Assembly (NCBI GenBank): GCA_963829055.1
Contig: CAWHHI010000003.1
Location: 320,001 to 384,000, forward strand
Source: an uncultured Gemmatimonadaceae bacterium
Lineage (GTDB): Bacteria > Gemmatimonadota > Gemmatimonadetes > Gemmatimonadales > Gemmatimonadaceae
DNA: 64,000 bases
Direction of reading: 5' to 3'
Shown here: positions 44,408 to 57,143 of the stretch, piece by piece
Position numbering within the stretch: the first letter of the stretch is position 1
How the letters are laid out: each line of letters opens with the position of its first letter
Translations under genes and position numbers: made by a program
The notes under the pieces: generated by a model
Told to the model about the DNA's origin: nothing
Databases searched by the model: none
The model's input: only the letters and a program-made list of their open reading frames with translations

Positions 44408-44601
44408 ACCGGCGGGTTCCTGGCTGGTTGCCGCCGCGAGCAGCGAGCAGCGCGTGGTGTAATTGGCGGTATTGGCAGCAGCGGGCAGCGTGCGGCCGCA
44501 GCATGCAGCCGTCGGCAGATGTCCCCAGCGTGCAGCCGCTCGTGCTGGACGAGACTCGTGTCGCTTCGTAGTGTAGCGATAGGCAACGCCGCGAGGGATC
44601 C

Positions 44602-44973
44602 ATGGCTATTGTGTCCACGCACTATGACGAGCACGCTCCCGAGCCCACACTCGCGGCGCTCGCGACGCGCCTCGTCCGCACGACGGTGCTGCCGCGCCGT
44701 CTCTACCAGGTCTTCCACCTCGCGCTGCCGGTCGCGATCGATCTGGCAATGCGCGGCTGGTGGCGCGGTGCGGGCTGGTCACTAGCTATCGCGTCGTTCG
44801 GGGCGTGGGGACTCGCCGACCACTGGCTGGCCGAGTCCGCACGTGACAACCCGTCGCGCGCGCGGTGGGTCCGACTGGCTCGCGTTGTTACCGGCGGGCT
44901 CGCCATCACGCCGCCAGTCGTTCTCTTGCTCGAGGCGTTCCTCCGCTTGTTAGGCAACGCTCCCATTTCCTGA
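44602..44973 (+). CDS. Hypothetical membrane protein
   Basis: 123 aa with about three hydrophobic segments; GAGG upstream of ATG. Confidence 0.6.
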   Translation: MAIVSTHYDEHAPEPTLAALATRLVRTTVLPRRLYQVFHLALPVAIDLAMRGWWRGAGWSLAIASFGAWGLADHWLAESARDNPSRARWVRLARVVTGGLAITPPVVLLLEAFLRLLGNAPIS

Positions 44974-45003
44974 TTTCGCACCCGGAACCAGCCACGCCTT
45001 CTT

Positions 45004-45308
45004 ATGCCTGCTTACGTCGTCGTCGAAGTGGATGTGCACGACCGCGAGCGTTACGACCGGTACAAGCAGCTCGCGCCCCCTTCCATCTATCAGTACGGCG
45101 GGCGCTACATCGCCCGCGGCGGCACCTGCGAGGCGCTCGAAGGCGACTGGAACCCGCCGCGCTTCGTGATCCTCGAGTTCGAGAATGCCGACCGGCGCGC
45201 GCGTGGTGGGCGTCGCCGGAGTACGCCGAAGCGAAGAAGCTTCGTCACGCGACGGCAACGTCGAAGATGCTCCTCGTGGACGGCCTGCCGCCGGGCTGGA
45301 CGCCCTAG
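45004..45308 (+). CDS. DUF1330-domain protein (frameshifted)
   Basis: MPAYVVVEVDVHD..YGGRYIARGG..LEGDW..VILEF; WWASPEYAEAKKLR. Confidence 0.88.
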
Positions 45309-45357
45309 ACGCGAATGCGCCAGCGTTGCAACGGCCCGCCTGACGCGACGTCTCACG

Positions 45358-46826
45358 TCAGTCACTCGCCGCCTGCTCTGCCAGCTTCTCGATCGCGTCC
45401 GGCCCCGTCGCCCATCGCGCCAGACTCGGCAACGCGCGCAGCAGCGCTTCGCTGGAGAAGAACCGGCACCGCTTCTCGAGCCCGAGCGCGCGGAAGGTCG
45501 GTCGCGCGAGCTCGCGTCCGACCTTCGCCAGTCGCGCCGCGGGCGCGACAATGTAGAGCGGGAAGTTGAGGTTCGGCGAGAGCGCCGCGAGATCAGCCAT
45601 CCGCAGGAGTCCCGAGTACACCGACGTCGTGTGCTCCACCTCGAACGCCGCCGCCACCTGGTTCGAGCCGCTCAGCCACACGACGTCGATCAGCGAGACG
45701 AGCCGCTGCGAATCGGGCGACATCCCGAGCGGCGGCAGGCGCGGCACGCTGAGCGCACCGAGCGGCTCGCCTCCCCACTCGCGTCGTCGGTCGTTCGCGG
45801 CGATCCAGACGCGGCAGCCGAGGTGCTGGCCGACCTTCGCGAGCAGCCACTGGACGTGCGTATGGTCGAGCGGCGGCGGTTCGGTGAAGGGGACGTACGG
45901 CGGCGACGTCTCGCGCACCGCCGAGCGTACCCCCGAATGCACTCCCGTGCGCGCGGGGCGCGCCTGCCGGTCGACCAGCGTTAGGCTCGGCGTTTCGCGG
46001 ACCGGCTGGCGGGCTCGACGTCGCGCTCGGGGCGACACGCTCTCGTCGTACGGGAGCGGCTCGTCGCCCAAGGTCGGCAGCCGCTGGGCGTGCCACCAGC
46101 AAAGGTGCTCCAACTGCCAGACCGTGAGCGAGAGCGCCGCGGCGAGCGACAGGAACGACTCGCGGAACAGGAAGTAGTCGCGCATCGGGTCGCCGCTCGC
46201 CGTGAACAGCTCCTCTTCCTCGTGCAGCACCACGCGCGCGGACGGCTGGAAGCCCGGCCACTGATCCGGTTCCTGCAGATGCCAGCACATCGTGGCGAGG
46301 AAGACCGCGTGCGTGGGCTGCGCGACGGTCGGCTCGATGGTCGGCTCGACTGGCGTCCGGTCGGCCTGCGCTTTCACGCCGTCTCGAGCGCGAGCGACGG
46401 CGGCGCCACGTACGCGACAAGCTCGGCGAGCTGGACCGCCGCGGCCTCGATCCCGTCGGGAGCGCGGAACGCCGCGCGCAGACGCCGCGCAAGCTTCACC
46501 GGATGCTCAGTGTGCTTGACGAGCGCGTTCAGGTACATCGCGCCGGATGCTCCCTTGAGCGCGAACGCGTCCCAATCGGTGCGGGTACGCCGGTCGAACG
46601 TCGAGCGGAACTGCTCGAGCCCGACGTCGCCCGCGAGAAAGCGCCTGAGCCAGGCGAGCATCTGCGGCCGCACCTGTGCGCGACCCCGCTCCCAGGCCTC
46701 GTACTCCGCTCGCGCCGATGGGTCGGCGGACCATTCCTCGCGCAGGAGCCGCCACGACTCGGTCTCGAGGTCGGTGCGCGGACGCGGCACCGCGACGTAC
46801 GCGGCTCGCGTTGACTGTACTACCAC
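45358..46826 (-). CDS. Protein with C-terminal PD-(D/E)XK restriction-endonuclease-like domain (one gene with a frameshift near 46375, or two coupled genes)
   Basis: HTHVQWLL..VWIAANDR..IDVVW..AAFEVEHTTSVYSGLLRMADL..LYIVAP..LARPTF. Confidence 0.7.
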
Positions 46827-47013
46827 AGCAAACTGCCCCGCTGAGTGTCGATGAGTGTCCAGCCCCAAGTCTAGAGGGCGGACACGCCGCGGGCGAGTGC
46901 GAGAGCGCATGGTCTGGCACATCGCGTCTCACGGCGCAATGCTATAGCGGATCGCTTTTCAGCCAGAATAGCGTCGTCACCCCGCGCACCCTTCCTCGCG
47001 CCCCGCCCCGCCT

Positions 47014-50000
47014 ATGCCTCGTACTCATCACATCACCCGCGGCGCAGCACTCGTCGCATCTCTGCTCGCGGCCGCCGTGCCCGCCGGCGCGCAGACACGG
47101 ATGCTGCGCAGTCCCACCGTCAGCGAGAAGAACATCGCGTTCGCGTACGCGAACAACGTCTGGATCGTCGATCGCGCCGGCGGCGCCGCACGTCGCCTAA
47201 CGAGCTTCCAGGGCGAAACGACGAACCCGAAGCTCTCACCCGACGGCAAGTGGCTCGCGTTCAGCGCCGAGTACGGTGGCAACACCGACGTCTACGTCGT
47301 CGCCACCGACCCGACGACCGCCGCGCAGACCGGCGGTCAGCCGAAGCGCCTGACGTGGCACCCGGGCGCTGACGTCGTGCAGGGATGGACGCCCGACGGC
47401 AAGCGGATCATGTTCTCGTCCGGACGCGCGGCCAACGCGCCTAACGGCGCGCCGCGCTTCTTCACCGTGGCGACCGAAGGTGGCGTGGAAGAAGCCATGC
47501 CGCTGCCGCGCGCGTATCAGGGCAAGATCTCGCCCGACGGCAAGCGCATCGCCTACCGCATGAACAACTCGTGGGACGAGGAGCGCCGTAACTACCGCGG
47601 CGGTCAGAACCGCCCCATCTGGATCGTCGACCTCAAAACGTTCGAGCTCGAGTCGCCGCCGTGGACGGATTCGAAGGACATGGATCCGGTCTGGTTAGGC
47701 GACGTCGTGTACTTCCTCTCCGACCGCGACGGCGTCTCCAACGTCTGGGGGTACGACTCGCGCACGAAGAAGCTCGGGCAGATCACGAACTACAACGACT
47801 TCGACGTGAAGACGCTCGATGCCGGCGCGGGCGTGCTCGTGTTCGAGCAGGCGGGCTACATCCACGAGATCGATCCCGGCTCGGAGCGCGACCGCGTCGT
47901 GAACATCACGGCGGTCGGCGACTTCCCGTGGATGATGGCGCAGTGGAAGGACGTCTCGAACCGCATGACGAACCTCGCGCTCTCGGCCACGGGCAAACGG
48001 GCCGCGGTGGAAGCGCGCGGCGAGATCTTCACGATTCCCGCCGAGAAGGGCGACATCCGCAACCTCACGAACTCGAGCGCGTCGGCCGAGATCGCGCCGG
48101 CGTGGTCGCCGGACGGCCGGTTCGTCTCGTACTTCAGCGACAAGTCCGGCGAGTACAAGCTGTACATCGCGTCGCAGGACGGCCTGACGCCGCCACGCGA
48201 GATCACGATCCCGGAGCCGAGTCACTTCTTCGTGCCCTCGTGGTCGCCGAACGGGCAGAAGATCACGTTCCAGGACACGCACTTCCGCGTGTGGCTCGTG
48301 GACGTCGCGAGCGGCAAGGCCGACATCGCCGACGGGGATCTCGTGTACAACGGCGATCGGTCGATCATTCCCGTGTGGAGCCCCGACTCGCGGTACATCG
48401 CGTATCCGAAACACCTGCCGTCGCTGTTCCGCGCGATCTTCCTCTACGACACGCAGACGGGCGAGAAGAAGCAGATCACCGACGGTCTCGCCGACGCGAC
48501 GTCGCCGACGTGGGACGCCAGCGGCAAGTACCTCTGGTTCTTCGGCTCCACGAACTACGGACTGAACTCGTCCGTGCTCGACATGTCGGCGTACGAGCGT
48601 TCGACCACGCGCGGTCTGTACCTGACGGTGTTGTCGAAGGCGGATTCGTCGCCGCTGCTGCCGGAGAGCGACGAGGAAGCCGCGCGCGCGGGCCGACCGC
48701 CGCGCGAGCCGGGCCGCGAGGTTCCGAACCGCCCCGACAGCGCCGCGCCGCCACGTGGTGGTGCGGCTCCCCGGCGCGCGCCGCCGCCCAGAACGCCGAG
48801 TCGCCGGACTCGATGCCTAACGTTCAGCGGGCCGCGGCCGGACGTCCGGTGCGCATCGACTTCGACGGCATCCAGCAACGCCTCATCGCGGTTCCGGACC
48901 TGGCGCTTCGCGACTACTCGCAGCTCCGCGCGGGTCCGCCTGGCACGGTGTTCTTCCTCGAGGCGATTCCGGCCACCGGTACCAACGACCGTCCCGGCGG
49001 AGGTCAGGGTGGTGTCCCTGTCGGCACGCTCCACCGCTATCAGCTCAACACCAGACGCGCCACGCCGTTCGCGCAGGGCGTCGCGCAGTACGTCGTGAGC
49101 GCCGACGGACACAAGCTGCTCTATCGCACGGCCGGTGGCGGCGGACAGGGCGGCGGTGGTGGACAGGGCGGCGGCGCCGGTGGCGCGCTGTTCCTCGTCG
49201 ACGCCGACAAGCAGCCGCCGACGGCGGGTCAGGGTCGCCTCAACACGCAGCTCCGCGCGTACGTGGACCCGAAGGCCGAGTTCCAGCAGATCTTCAACGA
49301 GGGATGGCGCAACGAGCGCAACAATCTCTACGTGAAGAACCTGCACGGCACCGACTGGCCGAAGATGAAGCAGATGTACAGCCAGCTCCTGCCGTACGTG
49401 AACCACCGCGCGGATCTGAATTACCTGATGGACATGATGGGCGCCGAGATCGCCATCGGGCACTCGTACGTGCGCGGCGGTGACATGCCCGAAGTCCCGC
49501 AGGCGAACGGCGGCTTGTTAGGCGCCGACTTCACGGTCGACAACGGCCGCTACCGCATCGCCCGCATCTACGACACGGAAGGCTGGAACCCGGAGCTCCG
49601 CGCGCCGCTCGCCATGCCGGGCCTGAACGTGAGCCGCGGCGACTACGTCGTGGCCATCAACGGCACCGAGCTGAAGACGCCGGACAACATCTACCGTCTG
49701 CTCGACGGCACGGCGAACCGTCAGACGGTGATCGCGGTCAACTCGCGCCCGACGCTCGAAGGCGCGCGACAGATCACGGTCATCCCCGTGGCGAACGAGC
49801 AGGGTCTGCGCACACGAGCGTGGGTGGAGCAGAGCCGCCGCATCGTGGATTCGCTGTCCAACGGCAAGCTCGCGTACGTCTACATCCCGAACACCGGGCA
49901 GCCGGGCTACACGAGCTTCAACCGCTACTACTTCGCGCAGCAGGACCGGAAGGGCGCCATCATCGACGAGCGCTACAACGGTGGTGGCTCCGCCGCCGAC

Positions 50001-50498
50001 TACATCGTCGACATCCTCGGCCGCGACTACGACGGGTACTTCAACAACCCGGCCGGTAACCGCGTGCCGTTCACGAGCCCCGCGTCAGGCATCTGGGGCC
50101 CGAAGGTGATGATCATCAATGAGATGGCCGGCTCCGGCGGCGATCTCATGCCCTACATGTTCAAGCACCGGAAGATCGGCCCGCTCGTCGGGAAGCGCAC
50201 GTGGGGCGGACTCGTCGCCACGAGTGACACGCCGCCGTTCGTGGATGGCGGATCGATGATCGCGCCGCGGTTCGGCTTCTTCGCCCGTGACAACAAGTGG
50301 GCGGTGGAGAACGAAGGCGTCGCGCCCGACGTGGACGTGGAGAACTGGCCGAAGGACGTCATAGCCGGCCACGATCCGCAGCTCGAGCGCGCGGTGCAGG
50401 AAGCGCTGAAGCTGCTCGCGGCGAACCCGGGCAATCGACTGATGCAGGAACCGCCCCCGCCGATGTGGGGCAAGCGCGTGAAGCCGCTCGATCGTTAG
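47014..50498 (+). CDS. Tricorn protease homologue, S41 family (frameshift near 48790)
   Basis: PD40-like repeats (LSPDGKW, WSPDGR), PDZ-like segment, IIDERYNGGG, EMAGSGGD, GKRTWGG, ENEGVAPD, DPQLERAV. Confidence 0.93.
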
Positions 50499-50639
50499 GC
50501 ACTCGGCAGCGCTGCACGGCAGGAGTTCGAGGGGCTGGGCGCCAGGAGTTGGGCGTCCAGCCCCTCGTGCATCGCGGGCCTACTGGCCTGCCCGCACCGG
50601 CGCCGAATGGCCTTGCGCGCCGCCCTGCACCGTTCTACC

Positions 50640-50666
50640 GTGTCCCATAGTCTTGCCAAGGGACAC
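50640..50666. promoter_or_regulatory. Candidate PadR operator
   Basis: GTGTCCC-N13-GGGACAC ending 2 bp before the padR ATG. Confidence 0.55.
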
Positions 50667-50668
50667 GC

Positions 50669-51013
50669 ATGCGCGCTGACACCGGGGATCTGCTCCAGGG
50701 CACTCTCGCCATTCTCATCCTCAAGGCCCTCCTCGGCGGGACGCAGCACGGCTATGGCATAGCCCGCTGGGTTGAAGGCACGACCGACGACGTCCTGCGC
50801 ATCGAGGAAGGCTCGCTCTACCCCGCGCTGCGACGCCTCGAGGACAACGGCTGGGTGACGTCCGAGTGGGGACTGTCCGAGAACAACCGGCGCGCGCGCT
50901 TCTACACCATCACGCGCGCCGGCCGGACGCACCTGCGCGCGGAAGCCACCGTGTGGTTCCGCTACGCGAGCGCCGTCACCCAGGTGCTCAGGTCTTCGCC
51001 CGCGCTGTCGTGA
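50669..51013 (+). CDS. PadR-family transcriptional regulator
   Basis: DLLQGTLAILILKAL..HGYGIARW..EEGSLYPALRRLE..EWGLSENNRRARFY. Confidence 0.95.
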   Translation: MRADTGDLLQGTLAILILKALLGGTQHGYGIARWVEGTTDDVLRIEEGSLYPALRRLEDNGWVTSEWGLSENNRRARFYTITRAGRTHLRAEATVWFRYASAVTQVLRSSPALS

Positions 51014-51020
51014 CAAGGTC

Positions 51021-53741
51021 ATGAGCCCGGCGTCACACGGCGGCGACCCGCCCGCCAAGCCACCCCGCCAGCCGCCCACGTGGCGGCGCTACCTGCGCTT
51101 CTGGGGGCCTAACGTCGACGCGGACGTCGACGACGAGCTCCGCTTCCATCTCGAGATGCGCGCCCGTGACTACGCGGCGCGCGGCCTGACCTCCGACGAC
51201 GCCCTCCGGGCCGCCGCCGAACGGTTCGGCGACCTCCACGGTATCGGCGGCGCCCTGCGCGCCCACGATCGGCGCCGCGAGCGCGGCCGCCAGAGGAAAG
51301 AGTACATGAGTGACCTCACGAACGACCTCCGCTACGGGATGCGCGCGTTCACCCGCGCGCCGGCGTTCACCACCGTGGCGCTCCTCACCATCGCGTTAGG
51401 TATCGGGGCCACCACCGCGATCTTCAGCGTCGTCAACGCCGTCATCCTCCGCCCGCTCCCCTACCCCGATGCCGACCGCATCGTGCAGGTGTGGATGGAC
51501 AACCGACGCCAGGGTCTGAAAGAAGACCTGCACTCGTGGCCGAACTACGCCGACCTGCGCGAGCAGAACCACGTCTTCTCCGCCATGGCCGCGTACACCA
51601 CCGGCGGATACAACATCACGGCCGGCTGCAAGGAAAGCGACTGCGAGCCGCAGCGCATCAAAGCACTGTTCGCGACGCCCGACATCTTCCGCGTCCTCGG
51701 CCTAACGCCAGCAATGGGCCGAGCGTTCACGGTCGAGGAGGATCAACCGGGCAAGGATGGCGTCGTCATCATCAGTCACGGGCTGTGGACTGGGCTTTTC
51801 GCCGCCGATCGCGGCATCATCGGCCGCACCGTTCGACTGAACGGGCGCGAGCGCACGGTCATTGGCGTGCTGCCGCCGTGGTTCGCGTTCCCGAACCGCG
51901 ACACCGACGTGCTGGTGCCACTCGCCATGGACGCCGACGACAAGCAGTACCGCTCCTCGTTCGGTCTCTACTCCGTCGCCCGCCTCGAGCCCGGCATCAC
52001 GTTCGAGCGCGCCGTGGCCGACCTGAACGCCATCGGCCGGCGGCTCGAGCAGCAGTACCCGACGAACCGCGACTACGGCGTCTACCTCGTGCCGCTTCCG
52101 GAACAGGTCGTCGGACGCACGCTCCGCACGTCGCTGTGGGTGATGATGGCCGCCGTCGGCGCCGTGCTGCTCATCGCCTGCGCGAACGTCGCGAACCTGA
52201 TGCTGTCGCGGGCCGCCGTCCGCGAGCGCGAGATCAGCGTCCGCGTCGCCCTCGGCGCCGCTCGCACGCGCCTCGTCCGGCAACTCCTCACCGAGAGCAT
52301 CCTCCTGTCCGTGCTGGGTGGCGCGTTAGGTACCGCACTGGCGTGGGTCGGGCTGCGCGTGCTCACGCGCATGGCGCCAGAAGACATCCCGCGAATGGAC
52401 CAGGTCCGCATCGATCTCCCGGTGCTCGGCGTCGCGCTCGTACTCGCGGTCTTCACCGGCATCGCGTTCGGGCTCGCGCCGGCATTGCAGTCGTCACGCG
52501 TGGCCGTCGGAGGCGCGCTGCGCGAGGGCATTCGCGGCGGCACCGGCGGACGAAGAGCGCAGCGCATGCGTCGCACGCTCGTCGCCGCGCAGATCGCGCT
52601 CGTGGTCATGCTGCTCACCGGCGCGGGGCTGCTCATCAAGAGCTTCATGCATCTGCAGCGCGTCGACCTCGGGTTCCGCCCCGACCATCTGCTGACGATG
52701 CGCTTCTCGTTGCCGGGCGCGAAGTACCCGACGCCGCAGGCGCGCGCGGCATTCCAGGAGACGCTGCTCGAGCGCACCCGGCAGATCCCTGGCGTTCAGG
52801 GCGCGGCGTTCATCTCCGACATCTTCCTCAGCGCGACCCCGAACTCCACGACCATCACGATCGACGGGCGTGAGATGACCCCCGAGGAACAGAACGTCGA
52901 GGTGCCGCTCGACGCCGTATCGCCCGACTACTTCAAGGTCATGGGCATCCCGCTCCGCAGCGGGCGCACGTTCGCCGCTACCGACAATCTCGAGGCGCCG
53001 CAGGTCGTCATCGTCAACGAGAGCCTGGCGCGACACTTCTGGCCTAACGAGGACGCGGTCGGCAAGCGCTTCAAGTACGGCAACGCCACGAGCACCGGCC
53101 CGGTCATGACCGTCGTCGGCGTGGTCGCCGACATGCGCCGCACCGGCTTCGACGCGCCGGTGCGCTACGAGACGTTCCGCCCGTACACGCAGCGCGTCGT
53201 CGGCTACCTCACGCTCGTGGTCCGAACCGCCGGCGATCCGCTCGCGATGGTCGCACCGGTGCGCGCGCAGTTCCGCGCCCTCGACCCCGAGCAGCCTGTC
53301 TTCGCGGTCGAGTCGATGGATCAGCTGCTTTCCTCCATGGTCGCCCAGCGCCGCTTCAGCATGGCGCTGCTCGGCACGTTCGCCGCGCTCGCGCTCGTGC
53401 TCGGCGTCGTGGGTGTGTACGGCGTCACGTCGTACCTCGTAGCCCAACGCACGCGCGAAGTCGGCGTGCGGCTCGCGCTCGGTGCGCAGCCGCGGCAGGT
53501 GGTCGGCATGGTCGTCCGCCAGGGAATGCTGGTGGCGGCTGCCGGACTCGCGGTTGGTCTGGTGGGCGCTCTCGCTACCGGCCGGCTCATTACCGGTTTG
53601 CTCTATGGCGTCAGCCCGTACGACGTCGCGACGCTGGCAGTCGTGACCGTCGCGATCGGCCTCGCCACCCTCGTGGCGAACTGGCTGCCCGCCCTGCGCG
53701 CCGCTCACGTCGATCCGTTGATTGCGTTGCGAAGCGATTGA
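51021..53741 (+). CDS. ADOP-family duplicated permease (intact)
   Basis: [14 protein letters not shown]-terminal extension, [37 protein letters not shown]. Confidence 0.95.
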   Translation: MSPASHGGDPPAKPPRQPPTWRRYLRFWGPNVDADVDDELRFHLEMRARDYAARGLTSDDALRAAAERFGDLHGIGGALRAHDRRRERGRQRKEYMSDLTNDLRYGMRAFTRAPAFTTVALLTIALGIGATTAIFSVVNAVILRPLPYPDADRIVQVWMDNRRQGLKEDLHSWPNYADLREQNHVFSAMAAYTTGGYNITAGCKESDCEPQRIKALFATPDIFRVLGLTPAMGRAFTVEEDQPGKDGVVIISHGLWTGLFAADRGIIGRTVRLNGRERTVIGVLPPWFAFPNRDTDVLVPLAMDADDKQYRSSFGLYSVARLEPGITFERAVADLNAIGRRLEQQYPTNRDYGVYLVPLPEQVVGRTLRTSLWVMMAAVGAVLLIACANVANLMLSRAAVREREISVRVALGAARTRLVRQLLTESILLSVLGGALGTALAWVGLRVLTRMAPEDIPRMDQVRIDLPVLGVALVLAVFTGIAFGLAPALQSSRVAVGGALREGIRGGTGGRRAQRMRRTLVAAQIALVVMLLTGAGLLIKSFMHLQRVDLGFRPDHLLTMRFSLPGAKYPTPQARAAFQETLLERTRQIPGVQGAAFISDIFLSATPNSTTITIDGREMTPEEQNVEVPLDAVSPDYFKVMGIPLRSGRTFAATDNLEAPQVVIVNESLARHFWPNEDAVGKRFKYGNATSTGPVMTVVGVVADMRRTGFDAPVRYETFRPYTQRVVGYLTLVVRTAGDPLAMVAPVRAQFRALDPEQPVFAVESMDQLLSSMVAQRRFSMALLGTFAALALVLGVVGVYGVTSYLVAQRTREVGVRLALGAQPRQVVGMVVRQGMLVAAAGLAVGLVGALATGRLITGLLYGVSPYDVATLAVVTVAIGLATLVANWLPALRAAHVDPLIALRSD

Positions 53742-54044
53742 CGGATTTCCCCATCGCCCGGGATGCTCAGCCGGTCGGGGATGGCGTACACGTCCGCAGG
53801 GTGTGACTCGACGAGCCGTCGCCGCGATTGACAAGCTTTGGTCTGGTGGTCTGACACTAACCTGACCACTTCAGGTCGGCATTGCGCCGTTTCGCCTAAC
53901 GTACGGCGTGTTCCCGATCTAACTGGTCTGGTTCCCCTTGACCCGCCATCTGCGCGCGGTGATGATAGCGCGCAATTGTTCCCTCCGATCGCTGGCCATG
54001 CTATCGAGCACGGTCAGCCATTGCCCACCGCTGGAGGACCCTTC

Positions 54045-57000
54045 ATGATTGTCGCACGTGTACTACGCGGCACCGCCCTCGCCGCCATCGCGCTCGCCGC
54101 GTCGGCGCTCACGCAACGCGCCCACGCCCAACAGACCGGCACCGTCCGCGGGACGGTCACCGACTCGGCTTCGGCCCGCGGCATCGCGGGCGCGCAGGTC
54201 ACCATTACCGGCTCTACCCGCGGCGGCCTAACGAACGACGTCGGCCAGTACACCATCCGCGACGTCCCACCCGGCACCATCACGGTCCGCGCGCAGCGCA
54301 TCGGCTTCACGCCCGTGGACCGGACCGTGACCGTCACCGCGAATGGGACCGTCGTCGCCGACTTCACGCTCGCGACATCCGCTCGCACGCTGTCCGAGGT
54401 CGTCGTCGTCGGTTACGGCACGAGCAGCCGGCAGAACGTCAGTAGCGCCATCAGCTCGGTCACCGCCGCGGACATCGCGAACACGCCGGCCGCCGGCCTC
54501 GACGCGGCGCTCCAGGGCAAGGCGCCCGGCGTGCAGGTGATGCAGAACGCCGGCAATCCCGGGAACGGCATCTCCGTCCGCGTCCGCGGGCCCGCGTCGA
54601 TCAACGCCGGCAATCAGCCACTGTACGTCGTCGACGGCGTGCCGATCCTGCAGGAGAATTTCTCGCAGCTCGGACTCGGCGGCCAGGACGTCACGGCCGT
54701 CACCGGCATCAACCCGGACGAGATCGAGACCATCGACATTCTGAAGGACGCCGCCGCCTCCGCGATCTACGGCTCGCGCGGCTCCAACGGCGTCGTGATG
54801 ATCACCACGAAGCGCGGCCGCGCCGGTAAGTCGCACATCACCTTCAGCGGCTACAACGGATGGCAGGCCACGTCGGAGACGATCCCGATGCTGAACGCGC
54901 AGCAGTACGTCGAGATCTTCAACGAGAGCGCGAAGAACGACGGCTACGACCCCGACGACTACGACTTCACGCCGGGCGTGGACGACAGCGCCAACTACGA
55001 CTGGCAGAAGGCCGTGTTCCGCAACGCCCCTGTGCGCGACCTGCAGCTCGGCGCCAGCGGCGGCAGCGAGCGCGTGCTCTACTACCTCTCGGGTTCGTAC
55101 TTCGACCAGAGCGGCATCGTGATTGGCTCGAAGTACACGCGCGCCGCGGGCCGCGTGAACCTCGACTTCAACGCGAACAGCAAGCTGTCCGTGCGCACGT
55201 CGCTCGGACTCGACGCGCGAGGACAATGACCGCATTCAGGGCGACGGGAGCCTCGACGGCATCGTCACGAATGCGATCGGCATGCAGCCCATGCGCCCTG
55301 TCTATCGGGCGGATGGTAGCTTCGCTGGCCGCGCCCAGGGGCTCCGCTACTCGAACCCGGTCGCCCTCGCCAACCTGAATTCCTCCGAGCTCGAGACGCA
55401 GCGCGCGTTCGGCAACATCGAAGCGAACTACCAGCTCACACACAGCCTGCGCCTAACGGGCCGCGGCGGCTTCGACGCGCTCGGTCTCGACGAGACGGCC
55501 TGGGACTCACCGACCGTCGATCGCACGTACGCCGCGAGCGCGAACGGCGTCGGCAAGTCGGGCCACACGGGAGCGACCAAGTATCTCGGTGAGGGCTACC
55601 TGACGATCGAGCCGTTCTCGTCGGCGACGAGTCACCTCTCGCTCGTCGGCGGCGCCAGTGTCGAGTACAACAAGAGCACGCTGAACTTCGTCCGCGGCGA
55701 AGGTTTCACGAGCGGCTTCCACACCTACGTGCGCAACGCGTCCAACGTCACCGAGTACGACGGCTCGTCGACGACGAACAACCTCGTCGGCTTCTTCACG
55801 CGTGCCGACTACTCGCTCCGCGATCGCTACCTCCTCTCGGCGAGCCTGCGCTCCGACGGCTCGTCGCGCTTCGGCGAGGAGAATCGGTACGGCCTGTTCC
55901 CCGCCGCGTCCGTCGGGTGGGTGTTGAGTGAAGAGTCGTTCGCGAGCAGCCTTCGGAAGTTCGCGAACGTGAAGCTCCGCGCGAGCTACGGCGCCACCGG
56001 CAACCAGGGCATCGGCGATTTCGCGGCGCGGGCACTCGCCACCGGCTCTCCGTACAGCGGCACACCTGGTATCTCGGTCTCGCAGCTCGGCAATCCTGAT
56101 CTCCGTTGGGAAACGACGCGAGAGTTCGACACCGGTGCCGACCTGTCGATGTTCAACGGCCGCGTGAACCTGATCGCCGACTACTACGTGCGCCAAACGT
56201 CCGATCTGCTCGTGCAGCGCCCGATCCCCGCGACCACGGGCCTCACGACTTACTGGGGCAACATCGGCGACATCGACAACCGCGGCGTCGACCTCGGTCT
56301 CAACACCACGAATATCGAGACGGGCGGTACCGACGGCTTCGCATGGCGCAGCACGCTCACCATGACATTTAATCGCAACAAGGTGACGTCGCTGTTCAAC
56401 GATCAGCCGTTCACGACGGGTATCAACGGACGAGAGACGAGCATCGCGACGGTCGGCAAGCCGTTAGGCTCGTTCTTCATGTACAAGTTCGACGGCGTCG
56501 ACCCGCAGACCGGCAGACGCGATTCTGCGCGACGTGGACGGCGATGGCGACATCACCGACCGCTGACCGCATGATCGTCGGCAACCCGCAGCCCGAATTA
56601 CTTCGGCGGCTTCACGAACACGTTCAGCCTGAAGAGCTTCGAGCTCAACACGCTTCCTCCAGTTCAGCAAGGGGAACGACGTGTTCAACATGATGCGCAT
56701 CTTCGCCGATGACGGCGCCTGCACGTACGACAACAAGTTCACCGACGTCCTCAGTCGCTGGCAGAAGCCGGGCGACATCACCGACGTGCCGCGCATGAGC
56801 TACGACTGCGCCTCGGGCGCGGACGCGATCTCGAGCCGCTTCATCGAAGACGGCTCGTACCTCCGCATCCGGGAGATCACGCTCGGCTACCGCTTCCCGT
56901 CGCGCCTCTCGGGCAAGGCGGGGCTCGACAACGCGCGGCTGTACGTGTCCGGGCGCAACCTGGCCACGTTCACGAAGTACTCGGGCTACAACCCCGACGT

Positions 57001-57101
57001 GAACAGCGCCGGCTCCGACTCGAACGTCATCATCGGCACCGACTACTACGCGTATCCGCTCGCCGCGAACGTTCACCATCGGTATCACCGCTGGCTGGTG
57101 A
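54045..57101 (+). CDS. SusC/RagA-family TonB-linked outer membrane protein (frameshifted)
   Basis: EVVVVGYG, PLYVVDGVP, ILKDAAASAIYGSRGSNGVVMITTKRG, DGSSRFG, NPDLRWE, EDGSYLRIREITLGY; GGAGG RBS. Confidence 0.93.
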
Positions 57102-57143
57102 CCGGCATCCCAGCCACCGTGACCCTTCATTGAGACTTCATAC

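Noticed and set aside
4100..57100. Widespread frameshifts read as mass pseudogenisation or programmed frameshifting
   Set aside because: They are scattered 1-bp indels, often compensating, in otherwise well-conserved genes with few in-frame nonsense codons. This fits uncorrected long-read errors; read-level confirmation is needed.
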